This document shows, in pieces, positions 23,303-34,036 of a stretch of 64,000 nt of DNA. Under the pieces are notes generated by a model. It made no database searches and had not been told where the DNA came from. It worked only from the letters and a program-made list of their open reading frames with translations. A program made the translations under genes and the position numbers. Location of the stretch: assembly GCA_039545335.1 (NCBI GenBank), contig BCIN01000004.1:424925-488924 (forward strand). The letters are read 5' to 3'. Source of the DNA: Kondoa subrosea (lineage: Eukaryota). Each line of letters opens with the position of its first letter. The first letter of the stretch is position 1.

Positions 23303-26300
23303 ATGGCTTCACAGCAGCAGCAAGGCAAGTCCAAGCGAGGCGGTTTCAATGCATCTGGGCATACCAAGTCAGTGCTTTCCCCTTCGGACTAGTAATCATC
23401 TAAGGAATGTCCTGCTCTTGTTCATCTCAGACGTGGCAGCAAGACGCCCAACACGGCAATCAATCACTCGACTGTCAATAATCCGTCAACTCAAGCTCAG
23501 AATGGTACTAATGGTCGATCTGCTGCTTCCAGCCCTGCGCCAGCCAGCTCTGCACCTCCAGTGAACGCTTGGGCAGCTAAAGCAGCGCTAGCTCAACTCA
23601 AACCTGCTGTTCCAGCTGCAAGTAGTGTCTCACAATCCACTTCTCCTGCTCCTACTGCACCAGTCAAACCTAGCCCAGTCGTTTCTGTCCCTTCTTCCAA
23701 CAAGGGCAAAGATACTTTCAGAACAGATGTAGATATCTCTGGTGTACGCGTCGAAGCGGATTCTTCTTCCAATGGCAGACAATTGAGACGTTGGGCTGAT
23801 GAAGTTGAAGAATCTGAAGCTTTGGAATCTTCTCCTGCTACTTTTGGTGGTCAATCTACTAACACCATAGCTACTACTTCTACCGGTGGAGCTGGAAATA
23901 AGAATGCTTGGGATCAATTCAAAACTAACGAAAAGCTCTTTGGTGCCAAAACGGATTATGATGAGGAAATCTATACTACTAAATTGGATAGGTCTGCTAA
24001 AGATTTCAAAGAAAGAGAAAGGAAAGCCAATGCGCTGGCGCAACAAATCTTATCTGTTCGTCTGAAGGATTCTGCTGCGTGATACATCTTGCTGACATCC
24101 CTGGGGAACAGGGAACCACTTCAAACCCTCATGTTGCTGAAGAACGTGGTCAAGCGATAGCTGAGTCTCATCTAGACGAAGAAGACAAGTAAGCGCGATT
24201 TTACTCAAAGCCAAGCAGTGGATTTATCTGATCTGTTTCGCGTACAGGTATTCCGGCGTCATCAGAACGCCAGGCGCTTACGTACCTCCTGGTGCTCGGA
24301 AAGTGACGGACGCCAAATCTGCTGCTCCTTCGCCTGCTCCTCAAATCAAACCTTCCATTCCAACTAGTCAAAGCAGCGATAAGTCTTTGGCTGAAGTCTT
24401 GAGTAAACCCAATGTGCGTATAGCAAGGAGCACTGATCAATTTAATACTGATTGTCTTCGACTATATGCACAGGTCAATTTACCAACAGCAACTATCACT
24501 CAACCTGCTAACCCTGAACAAAACAAGGACTTCTTGGAAAGCTTCAAGCAATTCGTCACTGGAGAGAAGAAGCGCTTGCAACCGAAGAAAGTCGCTGCTA
24601 CTACGAAAGCAAAAGATGATAAGTTGGCTGAAATGATCAAGTTCAGTCAAACGTTCAAGGTCGGTTTGAAAGGGAGATCATGCAACAACGTTGTGCTAAC
24701 ATCTTCATTTTGCTCATCCGACAGCTCAAAACACCTATTCCAGCGGATTTGGTACCTCTTCTAACGAAGGATGACAAGAAACAAAAAGAATTGCTGGCTG
24801 GAACTTCAGACCCATCGAGCTCTAGTCTAGCTGTAGCAAACAGCGGAGCACTTCCAGCAGCTTCGACTAGCAACACGCCTCAATTGAAAGAAGCTGCTCT
24901 CGCACCTCGATTTGCTAGTCCCGCTCCATCTCAAGCTACAGCTCCAGCTTCTTCCTCGATTAAGAAGCCTCTGTTACCTGAGATCCCTTCTTTCAGCGAA
25001 TTGAAAGCATTGAAAGCTGCTAAAGCGGAAAAAGCAGCGGTAGCTAGCAAAGTTGAAGATTGGCAAGCTAGAACAGCTAGTCCTGTGAATCCGACGAAAG
25101 CTGTTGTCAATATCAATCCCAACGCAAAAGCTTTCCAACCTAACCCGAATGCCACAGCTTTCAATCCTGTATGTTCTATTTCATCATCAGATACTGGCTT
25201 GGCTGATACATTTGTGCAGACTCCTTCGCCATCTCAAAAGCCAGCTACATTGCCTACAGCTCCTACTGCAGGGCCTTCGCAACAAGCAGTTCAACAGCAG
25301 CAAGAAGCACCTCCAGCTCATCCTTTCTTCGGCACAAAAGTCATCCGGAGAGGTCCACCTTCGATGCATGTCAAGGAAGATTTCAGTCCTTTCAAGCGAT
25401 CAGATGTTCCTATGTCTACTACAGTCTGTATGTGCCCGTGTCGGCAAGTTAAGGATATCTCGCTGATCATGATCTTAGCACCTTCTTGGTCTTACACCGG
25501 TAAACCATACAAAAATATCTTCCTTCCAGCTCTGCCTTCTCAGACACCTCAAGAAGAGTCGGACGGCAATATCAGAAGACCATCATCTTCGAACGCTGGA
25601 GCCGGACCATCAAGTATGCAAATGACGCCTAACCAATCTAACCAACTTCCACCTCAGCATCATCAGCAACATCAGTTACCACCTAATATGCCTCAACCAC
25701 CTCATATGATGGGCTCACCGGGACCTATGCCTCCTCAAGGGTACGGCATGTATTTCCCTCCGAGGTACAATGGAGTGAGTTAGATGAAAATCTGCGAGAT
25801 TGGCTCAAAGCTAAGCGGATGCACACGCTACAGCCGCCAATGAGTGGGCCATATCCTGGTCAGCAGATGTATCAGCCTCCTCCGCCTCAGTACATGAATC
25901 AGATGGGTTATCCTCCTCGTAGGTCATTTATCGGTTTTAGCGGTATTGACTGTTCAAACACCGTGTACATCTACAGAGGGAATGTATCCCCAAAATATGC
26001 CTCCTCGTACGTATCTCTTACGAACTTTGCATTGTATCCATGCTTATGTCGTGAGATTGTACAGAACCAGGTTTCATGAATCCTGGCTATCGGCAACCTT
26101 CTTACAGTCAAGGCATGTACAACGCTGGAGCTACTTCACCTCAACCTCAGCATAGGCAATTTGATAACCCAGCAGGTCACTATCAGCGAAGGCCTTCCTC
26201 TGGAGCTCATCAAAACAGTGGCTTGATGATGAGTCCTGGTATGCTACCTGGCGCTCCCATGAGTATGCCACAACCGCCGCCTCCTCAGCAATCTCAACAG

Positions 26301-26324
26301 CCGCCTCCTCCGCAGCAGCAATGA
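23303..26324 (+). CDS. PBP1: Pbp1/ataxin-2 homolog (LsmAD, PAM2-like motif, Q/P-rich tail)
   Basis: FRTDVDIS, WDQFKTNEKLFGAKTDYDEEIYTTKLDRSAKDFKERERKANALAQQI, NPHVAEERG..DEEDKYSGV, KFSQTFKLKTPIPADLVPLLTKDDKKQ, NINPNAKAFQPNPNATAFNP. Confidence 0.92.
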
Positions 26325-26708
26325 GCATGTTTTGTAGGGCTGTATGCACAAAAACCGGTTTGAGTTTCATCTCGCCGCCGAAGCATGTCAAGGGATGAGT
26401 TGAAGCAAAGTTGAGCAAAGTTGAGCAAGTATTGGTCACTTGGAGAAAGGACACCGAGCATGCTAGGATAGCTTTTCGCTTTGCAATGGAGAAGAATCAC
26501 GATTTGATAAGAACACTTTTCCAGATACAGTTCAACTGCCATATTTAGCTTGGATCTTGACACAAGTCACAAACACTAAACACAACCAGTTGCATTTTCT
26601 TCTTTTGTGTGATCCTTATCACAACATCTCTATGTATAAATCAATCATTATACCCTTCGTACAATCTATTAAGACCGTTTTCAACCAACACCTTTGCTGG
26701 CTTGAGAC

Positions 26709-28444
26709 TCATTCTACAGGGACTGAACGTCGTCTAAGGTGATGCGAAGCTTTATCTGTCTTTTCCGAAATCACTGCTGCTTCTTTCGCTAGCGAGCAAG
26801 CAACATCTTTAGTTTCTTCATCGAATTCATCTTCTACGTCTCTATCAGAGCGTACACAATGAAATGAGTAGAGATCAACAGCCTGGTATTGAAGTTGCAC
26901 TGACTCTGAATCTGAGCGAACATCATCCGCCGATTGACCTTTCAGCACTTTCACCACTACCTTCATAATCATATACAGCCACATGCACATCATGATCTGC
27001 AAGCCGAACAGCAGTAACGCAAATCCGATCTGTACTCCAGGGGAATAGAACCATCCTGATGAAGGATCCCATTTGTAAGGTAAAATCTCTCGGACGGTGA
27101 AAATGACGCTATAGAGTACTGTGGGGAAGAAGATGTGACGGGTTACGATCCAGCATATCAGAAAGAGACCAAAGAGTGCATCCGCCAAGTTTGGTAATCC
27201 AAGGTATTTGACCATTTTCGCCGCCTGTCCATTTCCGATCACTTAATCAGCACAAAACTGACAGAAGAGATTGGAGACGCACAGGTAAAAGAATATCAAC
27301 CATATCCATAATGCACAAGATCAAATTCCCAACTCTTGTCCAATTAGCGGCATAAGAACAAGTACACAGCAGGACAGTGATGACATGATGCGCAAACATT
27401 TGCCAGTAGTCTTTTCTTCGCTTTTCTATATTCAAAGCGATCATTGTTTGGACCCAAAAGGCCATTTGTACCAGGTAGTAAAATTTCGTTAAAGGTGCTG
27501 TTATACCGTTAAGCAAGCTCAGCAAAAGTGTATATTCGCTGCAAGGAGCGACGCACGGAGTGCAAAGTGAGGATAGCCAGACCAGAGATTCCTTGAAGGC
27601 AGAAGCAGACCAGAAGAATGTGCGTAAGGTGATGTTTCGTAGATGTACTGCAGAAGCTTTCAGCTTCCCCGAATCCCAAGTAGAATGAGAGACTTACTGT
27701 TCCTAGGGTCCAGAATGATGCTGCGTACATAAGACCCCACCTGCGACGAGTCAGCCTGAATGCAACCTAAAGTAAAGAGAAATTACCCTTGTTCCGCAAA
27801 GCGTTTGATATTTCCTGTAGAGCTCCATGAATATGCCATTACTTTGTGAGCGCATCATCAAGCCTGACCTTCACTCTTTATCCCTCCCCATCTTCCCAAC
27901 GGCGCCCAAAACCATCTCATGCTCGCTTCTCTCAAGAAAGTCCAAACGAAGACCCAAAACACAACAAGATAAAAATCATCCGGACCCTTTTCGTTACGCG
28001 CTCTTTCAGCTTCAAGACTCTTGCTTAATATTCGCAATCAAAGCGCACCTTGAGACATAGACCAGTTTTGGGATCTACATAGGACAGAAACAAGAATCCT
28101 GCACACACTATCAGTATATGTATGTTGATGCTTATGAGTGTCGTAATGCGCACTGGAAGGTATTGATTCGAGATGCCAAGTCGGGTCCAAACTTGGGGTG
28201 TGCAGAGGATGTAGAGCTTTAAGAGAAAAGACAGGAGGACCGGAAACGCTGTTGGCTCCCAGAATGCAAGCAATAGGTACAGCAGAGATTTCTATCTGAT
28301 GCGCACTGTTCTCGCGCGAGTATGTCAGGTCCCATTTGAAGTTTGAAAATCATAAGTGTTGCTGGAGACTCACGCGAACCAGCGCACGCATTGGCTTAGA
28401 TAGCTTCTCTGCTGCTTCGGCCGTTGTGCTATCGAATAGGCCAT
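26709..28444 (-). CDS. LAG1: Ceramide synthase (TLC/Lag1 domain), BarA/Cer1-like clade
   Basis: KRFAEQG, KFYYLVQMAFW, Lag1 motif RRKDYWQMFAHHVIT...TRVGNLILCIMDMVDILLPAAKMVKYLG, WIVTRH, DDVRSD followed by an acidic tail. Confidence 0.93.
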
Positions 28445-29055
28445 GACTGGTATAAGGAGCGAGTCAAAGCCCTCAGAACGTGGTTTGAGCGACAAAAAAT
28501 CGGATGCTCATTGTTCCGTAGCAACGAGTCTCTTAAAGCGTGTCAATCACTCTCACATCTACTGTCTGATGCTTTACAATGCTCGCAAGCTCATATAGTC
28601 ACGCCTTCTTTTGAGTCGTATCGGTCGAGCGACTGCCGCGAACTGGTACTTACCAATTTTTGTGGTCTTTATACGCGCAAAGCTACTTGCTCGTCTCAAT
28701 GCCGGCACTTGTACGGACAGAGCCCCTCTCGAGACGCTGCTCAGCCTACATTCACTAGCCTTTTGTTACAAATGATGTTTATCGCGGAAATTCAAGCCGC
28801 CGTTGCCAATTTCGGAACCGAATTCTTGGCTGTTGCTCTTACACCATACTACTCAAAGGTCTGTTCATCAGGCTACAGATCGACGCTGGGAACTGGTTAA
28901 GATTGTCCAGAACCTTCTTTCCTTTGTGTTTGAACGAGGAATATCACACCTCGGACTTCGTTAGCAAAAGTCATTCCGGACCATTATCCATCTCGCTCGC
29001 TCAGAAACTGACAGCCTACCTTATTCCTCACTGAATCAACTCCCGGACTTGGCAA

Positions 29056-30212
29056 ATGAAAGAAATTATCGAGCCGCTAGTTGTCATTACGTTATTGTTT
29101 GGAGGGGTGATATACAACAGGAACAAGAACTACAGCTATGAAGAATTAGAACCTTCAAGTCCAACAAATTCAAATACATCAAATCGTCAACGAACAGTAT
29201 TAGGGAAAACAGTCACTACTAGAAATACTGAACGATTTCGAAATACTTTTGGATCAAGGTTCTTGGCTAGATTCCCTTATATAAGAGAAGTAGTCCTGTG
29301 GGCTTTGATTTATTGGGTTTACCAAGTCAGTGGATCTTCAGAAGATGTCTTCTTACACCGCATCTCATTCTTGAGCTATAGATTGGGAGAGCTATTTCAG
29401 CTTTAACACTGAAAGACTCCACAGTGGACGTTGCGCGGAATCATGGAATAGCAATCGTTGAGCTAGAGCAAAGTCTAGGATTTTATTGGGAGATACCAAT
29501 TCAACAATGGTTCCTCGCTCAGCCTACTTTCCTCATTCAATCCATCAACAGAATATACTCTTTCGTTCATATCCCAGCTAGTCTTCTCTTCTTCGCTTGG
29601 CTCTACTCTGCAGAATCATTTGTCAACTTTTCAATCATTAGAAGAACATTGGCGACTGCGAACTTGATCGCTTTCGTTATCTTTACAGCTTTCCCTACTA
29701 TGCCTCCAAGATTACTTCCAGCTTCTTATGGATTCATCGATACGGTCCATGTGAATGAAATAGCATCAGTTTGGACATCCAACAAGTTTTGCAACGAGGT
29801 AAAAGGACTTTCCCCTCCATTGTCTTGTTCCTCTCTGACGTATGTCTTACTTTGTGATCAGCTCGCTGCAATGCCATCACTTCATTTCGGTTATTCAGCA
29901 ATCATTGGTCTCTCCCTTTACGCTTACCTGAAAACCTCAAGCAAGATCTATAACCTACTAGGACTCTTCTACCCTATCTTGATTCTCGTAGCAATAGTAG
30001 CAACCGCGAATCATTATATTCTCGATGCGGTAGTTGGTGGATTAGTTGGGTTCACTGCATGGAGAGGAAACAGATTTATGGAGAATTTGATGCCGGTTGA
30101 GGATTTCGTTCTTTGGTGCTTGAGGTTGAAAAGTCCTGCTCCGGATTCGGATGAAATGGGAAGTGTTGGGTATGGGAAGGGAGAAATGGTTGAGGCTCCT
30201 TGGTCGGCTTGA
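29056..30212 (+). CDS. PAP2_3 family integral membrane phosphotransferase/phosphatase (AUR1/IPT1 superfamily, not AUR1 itself)
   Basis: IYSFVHIPAS, FPTMPPRLLP, YGFIDTV, N.LAAMPSLHFGYS, IVATANHYILDAVVG. The catalytic His/His/Asp residues are present. Confidence 0.88.
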
Positions 30213-30291
30213 GTATGAAGTAAGGGATGGTATGAATGTATAGTTCAGATATCCAATTGCATGTATACAGTGTACAATAGCATGATTCAGA

Positions 30292-31108
30292 TTAAGGAAT
30301 GCCCATGGCTTTAAGCTGTCTAATTTCCGCATTCAGTTTCGAGATCTCCGCCTCTTGCACTCTTCGGCGAGCAGTGGCAGATAAGGGTCTGCTAGCAGAT
30401 GTTGTGCCCTGTTCTGCCAAGTGAAGCTTCAGGGCTTCTGTTTCACCTTTCAAGAGCCGCTGATGAATTGTCTTGATACGTTCAAATTCCAATGTTTTCA
30501 ATTTTGGATCTCTTATCTGATTGATGCAGAAGTTTACGAGTTTGGTCTCGACAGCGTCGTATTCCCTTTGCGCTTTGAGATAGTTTCCACTCTGCTGTGA
30601 ATCCATATTGGAAAGGGAGATATACGATGTTGGCAACCATACCGATTTGCCATCTCTCCAAAAGCCGATCCTTTGTTTGCCCAGGAATAACTCTGTCAGA
30701 CGGGCGGTCCCGAAAAAATCCTGGTCGCTTTGCACCATACTCTTTTTGAGCGACTCTTCCTTGGTTGTATCTTCATTCTTGATTGCGTCTTTCCACGCTG
30801 TATGTCTTTTCTTCTCGTGTTCAGCGAATTCAACTTTCATCTTCGAATGCTGCTTTGCGTAGATCCCGGCGTTAGCGAAGTCAGAGAAGATATAAGTGAA
30901 TTGATTGGGTAATTTGCAAAGCTTTTCTTCTGTCGGAGCAAACTTGCCGCTTTGCTGAGATTGCGTATCATTCGAAGTTAATGTTGAAAGAAGAGAAGGA
31001 ACTCACGCTAGATCCCCATCTGATAGCTGTGATCTCGTCTCCAAGAAACTGTTTCCAGGCCAAATGATCTGCCCCTAGCAGCGCTTCGATAGTTTGTTCG
31101 GAGACCAT
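30292..31108 (-). CDS. Orphan protein C with an internal duplication, 3 exons
   Basis: MVSEQTIEALLGADHLAWKQFLGDEITAIRWGSS|QSGKFAPTEEKL...ELFLGKQRIGFWRDGKS|QSGNYLKAQ.... Two phase-0 GT-AG introns. Confidence 0.65.
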
Positions 31109-31376
31109 CTGGGGTAAAAAGAAGCAGTTATAAACTCGGGACTATCAGGCTGTAGTAGCAACTGGGATAACTATAAGAATGGATTAGGAGCAGGAAGAGA
31201 GGAGGATATAAGAATTGGCAAAGACCAGAATGAGGCGGGTCAGTCAAGATGGCAGTGAAATAGTGGTCAAGCTACACAAGAGCAATTGCAGATAAGAGGA
31301 GATGCATCAAAAGAGGGGGCAAGGAGGAAAAGGTTTGCAAGAATACAGTCTGAAGTACAGGTTGAATCGAAATACA

Positions 31377-31832
31377 TCACCGACGATACTGACTTGATGA
31401 CGCAGAAGCGTTTACGCGGCCGTATTTGGTGTTACTGATCCTCGGCCTTGACACTTGGGTCCTCGAGGCGGACATGATGAGAGCACGCTCTTCCTCTTCT
31501 ACTTGCAGCTCCAGCTCTCGTCTCAAAACCAGTAGCTCATCATAGAGTTTCCGGTTCTTCAAACCCAGCGTTTGCGCAATAGAGGACAAACCGGTGAGAA
31601 GATCATTGCATTCTATGTTTAAGCTATTCCATGAATCGGTGACCTATTCATTGCGTATGAGGTCAGGAGGTAAAGCCTGGGATTCCAAATCTAGACTGAC
31701 CATAAGGCCTCGCGCCTTCATATGATGCAGCTCTTTATACTTCTTGCTATATTCCTGCCTCAATTCTTGGAAGCGTGCGCCCAAGACATAATCTTCGGCT
31801 TCGGACTGTTGCGCCGAGTGATGAGCAGACAT
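31377..31832 (-). CDS. Orphan protein D (helical, Ser/Arg-rich tail), 2 exons
   Basis: MSAHHSAQQSEAEDYVLGARFQELRQEY...ARGLM|VTDSWNSLNIECNDLLTGLSSIAQTLG...SSSQYRR*. A GTCAGT...CTGAC...TAG intron joins the two track ORFs in frame. Confidence 0.6.
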
Positions 31833-31916
31833 GTCGTGCGGAAATTGGAGATCCGAAAGATCAGAAGATAACACACAGATAGAGAGAGAAAAGAAGCGAA
31901 ACAAGGAAGCAATGAA

Positions 31917-32249
31917 CTAGTATAGCCAACAGAACAGCCCGCTGGCAATCCAAGGAAGAGCTCGACTAGACCGTCGAATTGATGAACGCCGTGCTACTGA
32001 CAAGAGATCCTTAATGCGGCTGCAAGCTGTCCGAGATAATGAGCTGCGACTTGAAGGTCCTCTCCTTCCCACGTCCTTGCCCTTCAGCTTCTGTAGCCTC
32101 CGGTTCTTGAAGATTGTTATCAAGATTCTAGCAGTCATGCTGTCCTACTGGATGGATTCAGCGAATCTTGCGTCGTCATCGTTTAGCAAGAGTAGAAAAT
32201 CCATTTCTTGCTGTTGCATCTGGTTGGCCACCTCTTTCGCTCCTGACAT
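31917..32249 (-). pseudogene. Possible orphan E interrupted by one in-frame TAG
   Basis: MSGAKEVANQMQQQEMDFLLLLNDDARFAESIQ*DSMTARILITIFKNRRLQKLKG... is one frame with a single TAG at 32145-32147. Confidence 0.3.
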
Positions 32250-32310
32250 CTGTTCTCTCTGTTCCTTGTTCTCTACGTCTGTCGAGTGATCTCTGTCCGC
32301 AGACCTAGAA

Positions 32311-33425
32311 ATGTCTCAAACCCAGATCCTTCTCGCTGGTAGCGCGGCAGCCTTCTCAGTAGATCTGCTGGTATATCCACTAGACACGATTAAAGTGAGC
32401 CCAGTCTCCCATCCAGAATCCGTCTGACAATCTGCGAAGACCAAGCTACAATCGACGAACCCAGATCATCGAAAGCACCTCTTCCGCGGGTTATATCGAG
32501 GTGTAGGATCAGTAGTGATCGCCACTCTTCCATCCTCAGCAGTCTTCTTTACAACTTACGAAGCTCTCAACAAACTGTTACAGAAAACTAGAGCACTACC
32601 TGATCCGATTCGACATGCTTTAGCGAGCAGTACGGCTGAATTAGCTTCATGCGCTGTTTTAACACCTGCGGAAATCATCAAGCAGAATGCTCAAGTATCT
32701 TCTTTGGCTAGTGGAGCAAGTGTACAAGCTGCAAAGAATCTGAATTTCGGTGGATTGAGACAAGGGTGAGATTCGTTTCTTCTTCTTCTTCTTCTTCTTC
32801 TTTGCATGCGCAGTATTCTGAATAAATCGTCTTTTGACCAGATTCCTGACGCTGGCTGGAAGGAATTTACCTTTTACAGCGATGCAATTTCGTCAGTCAG
32901 TCGGTGTTTACCATGATTTCTGCTGAAGCTATGACTAGCCGTGTATGAATACCTAAGGAAACGACTAGCTGATCGATCAACTACACCAGTGGGGAAAGCC
33001 TGGGGCGCAGCATTAGCAGCAGCAATGGGTGGATCCGTAGCAGTCAAGTCACATCCCTTTTCCTCTACGATCTTAGCTGATTGTGTTTCAGGCGGTCATA
33101 ACACAACCGGTTGATGTACTGAAATCAAGAATCATGCTCGCTAATTCTAAAGGACCTAATAAAGCTGGTTTGAGTTCCGTCATGAATGATATTTGGCAGA
33201 AAGAAGGTGTGAGAGGATTAATGAAAGGTGGTCTGATGCGATGTACATGGACTGCTGGTATGTCCTCGTAATGAGATAGCCTGAGCCAAGCTAATGAGGT
33301 TGTAGTTGGAGCTGGGATTTACCTCGGGACGTAAGTTTGTGCACATAAGCTTTCGAGAGCCTGCTGACTCTTTTCAATTTAGGTACGAATCAGCCAAGAT
33401 GTGGTTGAAAGGCGAATTTGAGTGA
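32311..33425 (+). CDS. PET8: Mitochondrial carrier, S-adenosylmethionine transporter (Pet8/Sam5-like)
   Basis: AAFSVDLLVYPLDTIKTKLQS, GLYRGVGSVVIATLPSSAVFFTTYE, LTPAEIIKQNAQ, RNLPFTAMQF, TQPVDVLKSRIML. Three Px[DE]xx[KR] carrier repeats. Confidence 0.88.
32777..32802 (+). repeat. (TTC)n microsatellite, about 8 units, inside an intron of the carrier gene
   Basis: ttcttcttcttcttcttcttcttctt read directly from the sequence. Confidence 0.9.
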
Positions 33426-34036
33426 ACCCAAAGGCAATATTTCCGACCCGAAAGGCTGTTGTCGAGATGGCCACTTCTGCCGAGTGATCTTGAAGTGCGT
33501 CTCACCTTTCGCATGGTCGTCACTCATTGACCAAATCTGTGCAGTATGTTAGGTCAAGATCTATACAGGTAAGGGTAGTTCTATGCACTGCGATTGCTCG
33601 CAATCAACATGTTGACCTGGTGCATAAGCAATGTGAAGAAGTCGCGTTCGCCTATCGCACAGGGAGTGGGCATGGATAGAAGACAATAGTAATGTCGTGG
33701 CTATAGCCAGACGCTTGCCACTGTTACATATCACAAATGCATTCTGTCGACAATCCGCCTGCTTGTCCAAACACCATCACCGTTTCATTTGCTTTCTCAG
33801 ACTTTTGTGACTGCTACTTATATTTCATTCGTTGGCTCCTAAAGGGAAGAACAGCCACGTAATTGAACAACAGGCAGGACTACGAAGCGAAGGCAATTCA
33901 AAGAAACGTTTGAATTCTAGCACAACCCTTTGTAGGTGCTCGCCGACCTCGAAGTACATCATACAGCAGCTAACTCACGGCCTTACTCACAGCTACATCT
34001 ATTTCTTTCTATTTCTTTTACGTTATTTGATATTCA

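Noticed and set aside
26398..26430. Three imperfect AAGTTGAGCA units downstream of PBP1
   Set aside because: A short tandem slippage repeat with no spacers. Not CRISPR-like and no evident function.
29056..30212. Calling the PAP2_3 gene AUR1 (IPC synthase)
   Set aside because: Its motifs (AAMPSLHFG, TANHYILD) differ from the AUR1-type AFPSLH and HHY..DL signatures. Same superfamily, different subfamily.
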